Program-made: the position numbers and the translations under genes | Notes under the pieces: generated by a model | The model's input: the letters and a program-made list of their open reading frames with translations, nothing else | The model's database searches: none | Told to the model about the DNA's origin: nothing | Shown: positions 7,793-16,501 of the stretch, piece by piece | How the letters are laid out: every line of letters starts with the position of its first letter | Position numbering within the stretch: the first letter of the stretch is position 1 | Virus record (IMG/VR): IMGVR_UViG_3300007735_000786 | Location: 8,752-72,751 of that record | Source of the DNA: a virus | Length of the DNA stretch: 64,000 nt | Strand: one strand, 5' to 3'

Positions 7793-8100
7793 TACTTTGA
7801 CTCCTTATATTTTTTAGCCGCAGACTTAGCTTTACTACGTTTTTCATATTCATCTTTCGTGCCCCACTTCTCTTTTCCCCACCTCTCTAAATCTTTTTGC
7901 TTCTCACCTTTCCCCCCTTGGTATCCACCACCAGCTTTTTCATATTCTTGTGCAACAAGTTGAGCCTTACGTGCCGAAATTATTTAGCCTCACGGCTACG
8001 ACCATTCCCCTGGTTTACCACCACGACCTTCACGCATTACACGGTTTTTAATGCGTTCACGAAGATCGGGTTTGGTGTACTTGCTTTTGTCTTCAGTCAT
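7792..8100 (-). CDS. DUF5872-like protein interrupted by a 24-nt putative ribosomal bypass
   Basis: MTEDKSKYTKPDLRERIKNRVMREGRGGKPGEWS, then a 24-nt insert with stops, then ARKAQLVAQEYEKAGGGY...; removing the insert restores GKPGEWSARKAQ (94 aa). Confidence 0.75.
7975..8001 (-). other. candidate translational bypass element (UCG take-off, UAG hairpin, UCG landing)
   Basis: TCG TAGCC-GTGA-GGCTA AATAATT TCG GCA. Confidence 0.65.
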
Positions 8101-8226
8101 AACTTCCTCGCTCTTTAAGATAAGTAACTGCGTTTGTCAATACATCTATATTATCACCAAACAAACCCAGGGCCCTGTTGCATCACGTAATTCCGGCTTA
8201 GTATATTTGTTATCTTCTTGAGCCAT
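8093..8226 (-). pseudogene. deletion scar: duplicated DUF5872 5' end fused to the 3' end of an EndoVII endonuclease
   Basis: 8226-8185 reads MAQEDNKYTKPELR; 8182-8093 reads CNRALGLFGDNIDVLTNAVTYLKERGSYD*, similar to the C-terminus of the intact EndoVII at 5889. Confidence 0.7.
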
Positions 8227-8339
8227 TACGTTCTTGTTTTTGTTCCTTTAATATTTTATCCCACTTACACGGACGCAAGAACTTATCCCAGTCTTTTCCT
8301 GGGTCTGGGATTTTTTCTTCTAGTTCTAAAAAGAACTTT

Positions 8340-8558
8340 TCAAATCTTTCCGATTCGGAAGGCAACTGTATCGTCATCTTTATCTTTAAGTTTTTGCATA
8401 ATGTCATTCATCTGATCCAGGGTGTCGATTCGACAGATGAGTTCAGAGATAGCACTGACAATTATGGGATGTTCGGTGCGTGCAGCAAAGGCTAGTGCCT
8501 CACGTAAATGAGAGACTGATTCATCTAGTGAACCTTTGACTTGACTGGAGAGTGCCAT
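8340..8558 (-). CDS. hypothetical cyanophage protein
   Basis: MALS.QV..SL.E..SHLREALAFAARTEHP motif. Confidence 0.65.
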   Translation of the reverse strand: MALSSQVKGSLDESVSHLREALAFAARTEHPIIVSAISELICRIDTLDQMNDIMQKLKDKDDDTVAFRIGKI

Positions 8559-8589
8559 GATTGGAATTTATGGTATTTCTAGTATAGGT

Positions 8590-9180
8590 CTAACACCAAA
8601 TCCAACCAACTTGATAGGAATCAAAGTACGGATCTACGCCTAGTGCTTCCATTAATTCATGTACCAAGCGTCCTTTCCCATGGCGTTTACTGTCGGCTGC
8701 TCTAATATTGTCATCAACAACAATTAAAGTACCTGGACCCAAGAGGTTGTAGCCTGCAAACAGTTCCTTTAGATGATGGGATGCTGGTGCCCAATCGTTA
8801 TTCCAGTCGGTAATGTTGTAGGAATCTAGGTATAGGAGGTCTATTGGACCAAAGAGGGTGTCTAGTGTTTCAACGGAATCACCTTCTATTACCTTGGCAT
8901 GTTTGGTGTTCTTACGAGCCAAGGCGCAAGCCGCTGGATCGTTATCAATTGAAATTAATTTTCCAGTGCCACGGATGTCGATGTAGTTGTCAAAGAGAAG
9001 GGTGGAGCACCCATCGCCTGTGTAGTTGTTTTCTTCTCTGTAGGTACCGGTCTCTACGATTAGTGGTTCTTTAGAGGCATCTAGGTATTGAAAGATTTTT
9101 TCAAAGGTTGATTGCCTGGCACCAAGACGTGTTTTAATGGGATCGAAGTAGTCATTCCAAGTGGTTTGAGTTGATTTCAT
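8590..9180 (-). CDS. class I SAM-dependent methyltransferase
   Basis: IVETGT, SIDND, GDSVE, DLLYLDS and IVVDD motifs. Confidence 0.8.
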   Translation of the reverse strand: MKSTQTTWNDYFDPIKTRLGARQSTFEKIFQYLDASKEPLIVETGTYREENNYTGDGCSTLLFDNYIDIRGTGKLISIDNDPAACALARKNTKHAKVIEGDSVETLDTLFGPIDLLYLDSYNITDWNNDWAPASHHLKELFAGYNLLGPGTLIVVDDNIRAADSKRHGKGRLVHELMEALGVDPYFDSYQVGWIWC

Positions 9181-9182
9181 GG

Positions 9183-9347
9183 CTAAAGTTCTATGCGCGT
9201 GTAGGGGATCTCTAAAGATTGTAGCTCCTGTTCGTACGTATCTGCATCTGTTTTACTTACGTCTTGACACGCAAAGCCAAGTAGACATTCGGATGTAGGG
9301 CGATCTTCATCAAGATCAAAATAAAAACGTGTCAAATCAATTGTCAT
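9183..9347 (-). CDS. small hypothetical protein (54 aa)
   Basis: MTIDLTRFYFDLDED...; ends 2 nt before the next ATG. Confidence 0.5.
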   Translation of the reverse strand: MTIDLTRFYFDLDEDRPTSECLLGFACQDVSKTDADTYEQELQSLEIPYTRIEL

Positions 9348-9407
9348 GTAAGGTGGGCATTAGTGTAAAAAATCTGTTACAGTTTTATTAATACATTTGC
9401 TCTTGCG

Positions 9408-10259
9408 ATGGTTGCTTTAAGCATAGTAGACGAGCTTACAGGTAAGTACCAAGGGGATGTTGAGCTGCTGGAGAAGTTAAACCAGAAGCCTGCACGAGTC
9501 ACCATAAATGGTAAGAGACATTATCACACTCCTTTTGTAACAGGACCGGCACCATCGGTAACTACTATTTTAAGTGAGACTGCATCTGAGGCCAACAAAC
9601 AAAAGTTGGAGATGTGGTCTAAGAATAATCCAGGTGTGAAGGAAGCTGCTGCTGAAAGGGGTACCAGTATTCACTATGGGATGGAACAATATTTAAAAGG
9701 GAATAAGACTCCGGATATACCCAAAGATTATTCTCCGTTCTGGGATGGTATGCCAAAGGTTCTTGATCAGTTTGAAGAGGTGTTATGGGCAGAGACTCCT
9801 ATGTTGGAACACCATCAGTTCACACTTTCAAATGATGGTATTGGCCGGGTGTGGGGCCAAGATGAGGAGGGGCGTGCTTGGTGTGGTAGTCCAGATATTA
9901 TTGGTGTAGCAAACGGAAAACTTACGTTGGCTGACTTGAAGACTAGTGTTAAACCGTACTCACGGAACTGGCCAAAGAATGTAGAGAAGGGATCTCAGGA
10001 GTGGCGCGACCTGCTAGGGGGCAACCTCAAGTTTAAGAAGACGTTAAAACAATTAGCTGCATATGATTTAGGTGTACAGCAAACGTTAGGTATGAAGGTA
10101 CAACAAGCAGCAATACTGGTATCTACACCAGAAAGAACTCAGGTCTTTAAGATTTCTCGTAACTTCTTGAATAAGATTCACGATGATTGGTATGCTGTAG
10201 TAAATGAGTACTACACACAGCTCGGTAACTGTAATGTGTATGATCCAGATTTGATTTAG
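9408..10259 (+). CDS. PD-(D/E)XK exonuclease
   Basis: PSVTTIL, ERGTSIH, GSPD, DLKTS and QLAAY motifs. Confidence 0.85.
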   Translation: MVALSIVDELTGKYQGDVELLEKLNQKPARVTINGKRHYHTPFVTGPAPSVTTILSETASEANKQKLEMWSKNNPGVKEAAAERGTSIHYGMEQYLKGNKTPDIPKDYSPFWDGMPKVLDQFEEVLWAETPMLEHHQFTLSNDGIGRVWGQDEEGRAWCGSPDIIGVANGKLTLADLKTSVKPYSRNWPKNVEKGSQEWRDLLGGNLKFKKTLKQLAAYDLGVQQTLGMKVQQAAILVSTPERTQVFKISRNFLNKIHDDWYAVVNEYYTQLGNCNVYDPDLI

Positions 10260-10280
10260 ATTGGGTGGGTAGATGAGGTA

Positions 10281-10565
10281 ATGCCCGTGTTGTTAAGTTT
10301 TGTAAGGATGAACATAGAGGTCATTATCAAATGGTTAAACAAAGTTTGGTTTGAGGCAAAGCTTAAGGCGCGACTAGACATGATTGAATTTGAAAATCAG
10401 ATTGAGGCTGAACAAGAACGTAAACAACAAGCTGAGCCTATCTATAGGGAGTACGCTCTTGATCCAGAAAAACAGACTGGTGAGTCCTTGAAGTTAGGTG
10501 GAGAGATGCGTCTGTCTGCACCATGGGTTGTTAAGGACGCTGGTGAGGAACATAAGGGTTACTGA
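10281..10565 (+). CDS. hypothetical protein
   Basis: 94-aa ORF; start may be the internal ATG at 10308. Confidence 0.55.
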   Translation: MPVLLSFVRMNIEVIIKWLNKVWFEAKLKARLDMIEFENQIEAEQERKQQAEPIYREYALDPEKQTGESLKLGGEMRLSAPWVVKDAGEEHKGY

Positions 10566-10635
10566 TCTATAGAATTCCACTGGTTTTCTTTGGGTATGCC
10601 AGCCGTAAGATTGTAAGACACCGAAAAAAAGAACC

Positions 10636-10827
10636 ATGAACACCCACGTGATTAGCGTGGGCGAGTGGTCACAATCTCTACTTAACCGCATGAATAGTGC
10701 GGTGGAAGGGGATGTGTTTTGCTTGCCAACACCCATGCACCTACATATGTATGAATTAATAAAAGAACAGTATTTCGACCAGAAGCAGTTTAAAGTAGAA
10801 GTCATTCAAACTAAGGCAGTAGCATGA
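10636..10827 (+). CDS. hypothetical protein
   Basis: ATGA overlap with the primase gene. Confidence 0.55.
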   Translation: MNTHVISVGEWSQSLLNRMNSAVEGDVFCLPTPMHLHMYELIKEQYFDQKQFKVEVIQTKAVA

Positions 10828-13487
10828 CCAGCACAAGTCAAAAGGCAGTAAGGCCAGGGGAGATTAAGATTAGTTTAATACCGATTGATTGGCCTCTTAC
10901 TCCGTTAGGACCAAATAAAGATCCGTATACACATGGGTGGCAACTGAAACCCTTTACTATCACAGAGATTGAAGATGAACTTGCTTCGGGAAAATGTAAA
11001 GCTATCGGACTGTTGGGCGGTCCTTTCTACAATCATCCTTATGGGTTGTGCTGGGTTGATGTTGACGGACCGAGCGTATTCGATCTCATTGAAAAAACAG
11101 CAGAGCTCCCATACGCTCAAGCATTGCCACCAACCTTAACTATATGTAGTGGAAAACAAGGTCGTGAACGACGTCTATACAAAGTAAGTCGTGATCACCA
11201 GAAGCACTTCATACGAAATAAATACACCTGGCACTCAGAAACCAACAAAGAAAAACTTGAGATCCTTTGGTCTAAGCACCAAGGGGTGTTGATGGGTATG
11301 CACCCAGAGACTGAGGGTTACTTTACGAAAGAAGGGTTGGGATTCGAGTGGGTACATAACTTGCCTGAGTTGCCTGAATGGATCTTGTCTGGCATCATCA
11401 CTAAGAATGCAAGACAAGGTAAACCGTCTGTCGAAACTTCTCGCGTCATAGGCCCAGGGTTTGTTATTGAAGCTGAGATGGGTCTCGAACGAGATATCCA
11501 ATTGGCGAAAGAAGCTACCTGGGGTATGCCACCAGAAGCTGCCGATGACTATGACATTTGGTTAACGGTAGGTCAGACATTACATTCCTTAGACGAATCT
11601 CTGCTTGATGAATGGGATGAATGGTCTAAACAGTCACCTAAATATAAGGAAGGTGTATGTCACAATCGTTGGCTTGGTTTTAATAAACAGGGTGGACGTG
11701 GTGTCGGATCTCTTATTTTTATGGCAAAAGAACAAGGGTGGTCACCGTCTCAAGAACACCGCGCTATGAGCGTAGACGATTCAACCTTAGAACACATAGC
11801 AAAACAACTTGCGGAAATGCAAAGCACATTTGAGTATACACAGCAGCAACAGGTGGAAGATCAACTAATAACAGTTGTTCCTATGTCAAACAAGGAGGAA
11901 AAAAAGAAAAGGACTAGACGCACAAAAGAAGGTGATGGTGATAAACCACCTAGGAATAGGGCTGCTAATGAAATTGCCGATAACATAATGGCACTTTATG
12001 GTGAGCACCTTAAGTACAGCGAACAACATGGCTGCTTCTATTTATATGAATATCGTTCTAAAGGCGTGTGGTGTAGCTTGTCAGATAACGAAATGAAAGG
12101 TTCAGTAAAAGATAAGATTGAATATGTGAAAAATGAGTTGCTGCCTAATGGTTACAGTATGTCCATGATTACAGATGTTGTAGAACAACTACGCATCTCA
12201 CTTCTGGACGATGATTGGTATGAAGGTTCAGATTACCTGTTATTTACTAATGGCATCTTAGATGTACAGACGCGAGAACTATTGCCTTTTAATTGGAAAT
12301 TACATATGACACAACAATTACCATATGAATATGATCCAGGGGCAGATTGTGAACAAATCATTAAATGGTTGAAGGGTACACAAGCTAATGATTGGGGTCG
12401 CGTTCAAGTGTTAAGGGCGTGGCTTCGTGCTGTACTACTTAGTCACTCAGAAATACAGAAGTTTGTTGAGGTTGTAGGTCCAGGTAAATCTGGTAAATCG
12501 ACGTATGCAAACTTAGCACATGCACTGGTGGGACAAGATAATGCCATGACGTCTAGCTTGGAGCACATTGAGAAGAATAGGTTTGAGACAGCAAACTTAT
12601 ATAAGAAAAAGTTGGTATTGTTTAATGATGTTGAACGATATGGCGGTTCAGTAGCCATGTTAAAAGGCTTGACTGGTGGTGACTTAATACGTAAGGAACG
12701 CAAGTTTCAATCTGGGTCTCAGAATCCGTTTAAATTTTCTGGTGTCGTTATGATTACAGCTAATGAACCTATACAGACAACAGACCCTACTTCTGGTTTA
12801 GCTCGTAGACGTCTGACGATACCATTTGATAAACCATTTAAAGGTACTTCAGCAGAGCAACGTATCCTTATTGATATGAACGATAAGGGTAAACCGTACG
12901 GAGATTTTGCTTCTTTGCTTCCAGGGTTGGTTAACTGGTTGCTTGATATGTCGGAAGTAGAGATGCGTGAATACCTTATGGAAACAACAACGAAAGTACC
13001 GTTCTTTGCTAAGCATAATAAAGAACAGATCTTAAAATCAAATTCGTTATTAGATTGGATGGAACATTGTATTGTTTTTGATGTAGGTGCTGTTTCCCAG
13101 ATAGGGCAAAAGAAACTTGCACCGCGAGAAAGCAGTACAGTATATGTTAACGCTGGTTGGCATTTATATCCAAACTATTGTGAGTTCTCTACTGGATCTG
13201 GTAACAATATAATGTCTCGTTCTAGGTTTGAGAATAATTTTTTGGATGCATGTAAGCATCAGTTGGGATTAAATGTTTATAAATTCAAACGTGGTAATAC
13301 TTGGTTGTTTGGTAATGTTGCTTGTCGCGCCGAGGCTTCTCAGAAACATTCAGACTATCCTTCTATTATTGAAGTGGGTTTGAATAAAGCTAAATGGTTG
13401 GAATATTATGGAGAAACACTGATTAAGGAAACTGATGAGACAATAGAAGTTGGTGAGGAACAAACGTGGGACATGGTAAACATATGA
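10824..13487 (+). CDS. bifunctional primase-polymerase / PriCT-2 / D5-like SF3 helicase
   Basis: N-terminal WVDVDG prim-pol, YDIWLTVGQTLH..WDEWS PriCT-2, LLFTNGILD D5-N, Walker A GPGKSGKST, LKGLTGGD, TANE and RR motifs. Confidence 0.9.
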   Translation: MTSTSQKAVRPGEIKISLIPIDWPLTPLGPNKDPYTHGWQLKPFTITEIEDELASGKCKAIGLLGGPFYNHPYGLCWVDVDGPSVFDLIEKTAELPYAQALPPTLTICSGKQGRERRLYKVSRDHQKHFIRNKYTWHSETNKEKLEILWSKHQGVLMGMHPETEGYFTKEGLGFEWVHNLPELPEWILSGIITKNARQGKPSVETSRVIGPGFVIEAEMGLERDIQLAKEATWGMPPEAADDYDIWLTVGQTLHSLDESLLDEWDEWSKQSPKYKEGVCHNRWLGFNKQGGRGVGSLIFMAKEQGWSPSQEHRAMSVDDSTLEHIAKQLAEMQSTFEYTQQQQVEDQLITVVPMSNKEEKKKRTRRTKEGDGDKPPRNRAANEIADNIMALYGEHLKYSEQHGCFYLYEYRSKGVWCSLSDNEMKGSVKDKIEYVKNELLPNGYSMSMITDVVEQLRISLLDDDWYEGSDYLLFTNGILDVQTRELLPFNWKLHMTQQLPYEYDPGADCEQIIKWLKGTQANDWGRVQVLRAWLRAVLLSHSEIQKFVEVVGPGKSGKSTYANLAHALVGQDNAMTSSLEHIEKNRFETANLYKKKLVLFNDVERYGGSVAMLKGLTGGDLIRKERKFQSGSQNPFKFSGVVMITANEPIQTTDPTSGLARRRLTIPFDKPFKGTSAEQRILIDMNDKGKPYGDFASLLPGLVNWLLDMSEVEMREYLMETTTKVPFFAKHNKEQILKSNSLLDWMEHCIVFDVGAVSQIGQKKLAPRESSTVYVNAGWHLYPNYCEFSTGSGNNIMSRSRFENNFLDACKHQLGLNVYKFKRGNTWLFGNVACRAEASQKHSDYPSIIEVGLNKAKWLEYYGETLIKETDETIEVGEEQTWDMVNI

Positions 13488-13816
13488 TTCTCGATCTGTA
13501 CGGTTGCCCCCGTGAGATTCTGGATGACTACGACTATCTGCAGGAGGTGATGGAGACAGCTATAAGCATGTCTGGTGCTACCTTATTGCGTATTTTTGGA
13601 GAGAAGTTTAGTCCGCAAGGCGTCACACTATTGGCATTACTTGCGGAATCACATGCTTCTATTCATACATGGCCGGAGCAAGGCTATGCTGCTGTTGACT
13701 TATATACTTGTAATCCAGAAGGTGTAACTCCACATAAGGCAGTGGAATACATAAAAGAAAAACTGGGTGCAACAGATGTAAAAGAAGAAGAGATAGATCG
13801 TCAAACTACTCTATAA
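13466..13816 (+). CDS. speD: S-adenosylmethionine decarboxylase proenzyme
   Basis: GKHMILDLYGC, FSPQGVT, LAESHASIHTWPE and DLYTC motifs. Confidence 0.9.
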   Translation: MGHGKHMILDLYGCPREILDDYDYLQEVMETAISMSGATLLRIFGEKFSPQGVTLLALLAESHASIHTWPEQGYAAVDLYTCNPEGVTPHKAVEYIKEKLGATDVKEEEIDRQTTL

Positions 13817-13846
13817 ATACGATATATTACATACAGTTAAACACAT

Positions 13847-15145
13847 TTGAACATGAGTAAAAAGAAAACTAAGGTCCTTTGGTGCGCCGATCTGGTGGCA
13901 ATGACCGGTTTTGCCAGGGTAAGTGGTGGAATATTACCGCGTCTACGCGATGATTTTGAGATTGTTTGCATGGCTTCTAACTGGTGGGGTGACCCATGTG
14001 ATGAGCAAGCTTTGTATCGCATGTACCCAGCCTCCAACAGGCATCAGACGGCTCCTTTTGGCGAGCAAAGGATTCGTGAGATTGTCGAAAAAGAACAACC
14101 TGACATCGTATTTAGTTTGAATGATCCGTGGATTGTGAGTGAACAATACAAACAGATTCAAGATTTACATAAGGCTGGGAAATTTAAGTTCGTTGGGTAC
14201 CTCACCATGGACTCAATGAATTGGGTGGGTGGAATCGATCCACATATCAATGATTGGGATGCGTTAGTTGCGTTTACAGAATTTGGTGCGCACGAATTTG
14301 TGAAGGGTGGTGTGACCAAGCCTATTGCTGTTATTCCCCATGGGTTGGATACCAAGGATTTTTATCCTATGGATCAGGGGGAAGCAAGGAAAAAGTTGGG
14401 ATTAAAAGAAGATATCTTTATTTGTTTAAATGGGAATCGCAATCAATTTAGGAAGAGGCAAGATATTACGATTGCTGCATTTGCCAAGTTTGCGGTAGGT
14501 AGACCTAATGCACAGTTGTATATGCACATGGGGTTAAAAGACCAAGGTTGGGATTTAATGTCGTTATTTGGTAGGGAGATGGTCAAGAATGGCTTAGATC
14601 CAAATGGGAGGATCATTATGACAGCTAATAATCCTAATCCTCCTAACGTACCTGTGGACATGCTGCGGTCAATTTATAACTGTGCTGACGTTGGTGTTAA
14701 TACGTGTAAAGGTGGGGGCTGGGAACTCGTTAACTTTGAGCATGCGGCGTGTCGTGTAGCTCAAGTGGTACCGAACCATACGGCAACCAAAGAGATCTTT
14801 GAAGGTTACGGTAAGTTGATTGACTGTAATCACATTGATGTAGATACGAACTACTGCCGTGAGATGCCGTGCCCTAGCACGGAACACCTGACTGAGATTT
14901 TGTGTGAACTGTATGAGTCACCAGTGTTGCTGGAGAAAACAGCACAGGATTGTTACAACCGTGTAACAGATGCACAGTTCAGTTGGGACACAATAGCGTC
15001 TCAGTTTGGCGGCATCTTTGAGGATGTAATGAATGGAGTAGGTCATGAGGTTGCACCAGGGGGGCAGCAGATGGAGAAGGAGGAGAAGAAGAAGAGAAAG
15101 AGTAGGAAGGAACGTGAGCGAAAAGAGGTGTGTAGCCTAAAGTAG
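13847..15145 (+). CDS. GT-B (GT4-like) glycosyltransferase
   Basis: TGFARV, IPHGLD, RNQFRKR, YNCADV..GGWELVNFEHAAC. Confidence 0.85.
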   Translation: MNMSKKKTKVLWCADLVAMTGFARVSGGILPRLRDDFEIVCMASNWWGDPCDEQALYRMYPASNRHQTAPFGEQRIREIVEKEQPDIVFSLNDPWIVSEQYKQIQDLHKAGKFKFVGYLTMDSMNWVGGIDPHINDWDALVAFTEFGAHEFVKGGVTKPIAVIPHGLDTKDFYPMDQGEARKKLGLKEDIFICLNGNRNQFRKRQDITIAAFAKFAVGRPNAQLYMHMGLKDQGWDLMSLFGREMVKNGLDPNGRIIMTANNPNPPNVPVDMLRSIYNCADVGVNTCKGGGWELVNFEHAACRVAQVVPNHTATKEIFEGYGKLIDCNHIDVDTNYCREMPCPSTEHLTEILCELYESPVLLEKTAQDCYNRVTDAQFSWDTIASQFGGIFEDVMNGVGHEVAPGGQQMEKEEKKKRKSRKERERKEVCSLK

Positions 15146-15162
15146 ATAGTACATAAGTATTG

Positions 15163-15190
15163 ATTCCTCCCGCAAGGGGGGATTTTTTTT
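15163..15190 (+). terminator. intrinsic terminator
   Basis: CCTCCC-GCAA-GGGGGG hairpin followed by a T run. Confidence 0.75.
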
Positions 15191-15208
15191 GGCCTGAAAC
15201 TTGTTGAA

Positions 15209-15403
15209 AACTCCAAACTATAGGTATAGCACGTTTTTCATTAGGTTCATGGAGTTTCCGACATTTCTGCATCAAAATGTCGTTCGCTATACCGATTCTC
15301 ATGAGACTCACTTAAATGCGTATACAAACCGACATTTCTGCATCGAATTGTCGGAAACCCTATAGAACTAATAAAAACATGGCTATACCTATAGTTTGGA
15401 GTT
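15209..15403. repeat. long inverted repeat with nested direct repeats (candidate origin or cis element)
   Basis: Perfect 22-bp IR at 15209-15230 and 15382-15403; CCGACATTTCTGCATC at 15258 and 15329; central palindrome TCTCATGAGA. Confidence 0.8.
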
Positions 15404-15452
15404 CCCCTGGTTTCGGACAACGCTATACTTATTTTGTACCTACGCTTCTCCC

Positions 15453-15788
15453 ATGGGACGCAACTACAAACCAATGCCTCCTCTTTGGAGAATCCAAGAG
15501 TTAGTTGAGTTAACTGACGATCATCCCAGTGGCCTCTACTACCCCCGTAAAAAGAAGTTCGTCACACATAAGCACAAGCACTCTGGTCACTACCTAGTGT
15601 CTCTTGACGCCGACGTATACCTTGCGCACAGGGTCGTCTACTACTTACGTACAGGTCAAAGTCCCGATCTTCGTTCCATCACTCACCATCCCTACAACAA
15701 AGATAAAGACAATCGTCAGGAGCTCCGTAGCACCGCACCTAAACGCACAACAAAAAAACCTAATCCCCCTTGGATGCAAGACGTCTAA
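15453..15788 (+). CDS. degenerate HNH-like protein
   Basis: YLAHRVVYYL..G...ITH...KDNR resembles HNH_3. Confidence 0.55.
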   Translation: MGRNYKPMPPLWRIQELVELTDDHPSGLYYPRKKKFVTHKHKHSGHYLVSLDADVYLAHRVVYYLRTGQSPDLRSITHHPYNKDKDNRQELRSTAPKRTTKKPNPPWMQDV

Positions 15789-16459
15789 TGACAAACGTTC
15801 TTAAGAAAGTATTAAAGACTAACTTTCGTTATGTCCCAGGTATCGACAGCCTCGACGAAGGACAGCTTGACGAACACGGGTACTACAAAGGTTACCCTTG
15901 TCCGCATCACCATCACATCAGGGACAAACAAAATCACTGGTGTTACCACTGTGTCGTAAAGATCCTGTCTAATACCTGTGGTTTCAATACAAACTTCCTT
16001 CATCCGTACTACAACCACAAGTACGAACAACTATGGAAAAACATTGAAGTGGGTGATCTTGATGAGTGTTGGGAGATAGACTTACCTGGAAGTAAAAGTC
16101 CTAAACGCATTGGTTTTCCTTCTTATCGCTCACGATTCACTGGACGTGCCATAGAGAATGTCACACCACACAAGGTGATCTATCAGTGTGCCTGGGGGGA
16201 TATAGGGGCAATGACAGTGTCTAGGGCTTGTGGTAACCCTTGGTGTGCTAATCCATTACATCTGGTCTCAAGTTGGAATATTGGCTTACCACCTTCATCT
16301 ATCACACCGTTTATACGTACGTTTGAACCTACACATGTAATGGCACTCATCAAAGCAAAGAAAGTAGGACGAGAACAAGAATTAATTCAACGATACTACA
16401 AGCAAGTAATACGTAATCCCTTATGTGCAAAAGATGCACCTTACTACGATGAAGGTTGA
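15788..16459 (+). CDS. His-Me finger / zinc-binding nuclease-like protein
   Basis: CWE...HKVIY...CGNPWCANPLHL; TAATG coupling. Confidence 0.6.
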   Translation: MTNVLKKVLKTNFRYVPGIDSLDEGQLDEHGYYKGYPCPHHHHIRDKQNHWCYHCVVKILSNTCGFNTNFLHPYYNHKYEQLWKNIEVGDLDECWEIDLPGSKSPKRIGFPSYRSRFTGRAIENVTPHKVIYQCAWGDIGAMTVSRACGNPWCANPLHLVSSWNIGLPPSSITPFIRTFEPTHVMALIKAKKVGREQELIQRYYKQVIRNPLCAKDAPYYDEG

Positions 16460-16501
16460 GTTTTCAGAATTAGAATATACAAACGGAACATTGATAAAAT
16501 A

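Noticed and set aside
7975-7998. The 24-nt insert as a self-splicing intron or as stop-codon reassignment
   Set aside because: Far too short for a group I or II core. TAG, TGA and TAA all occur in frame, and all three terminate other genes normally.
7255-8118. Plus-strand F/S/L-rich ORFs
   Set aside because: Antisense to Lys-rich minus-strand genes.
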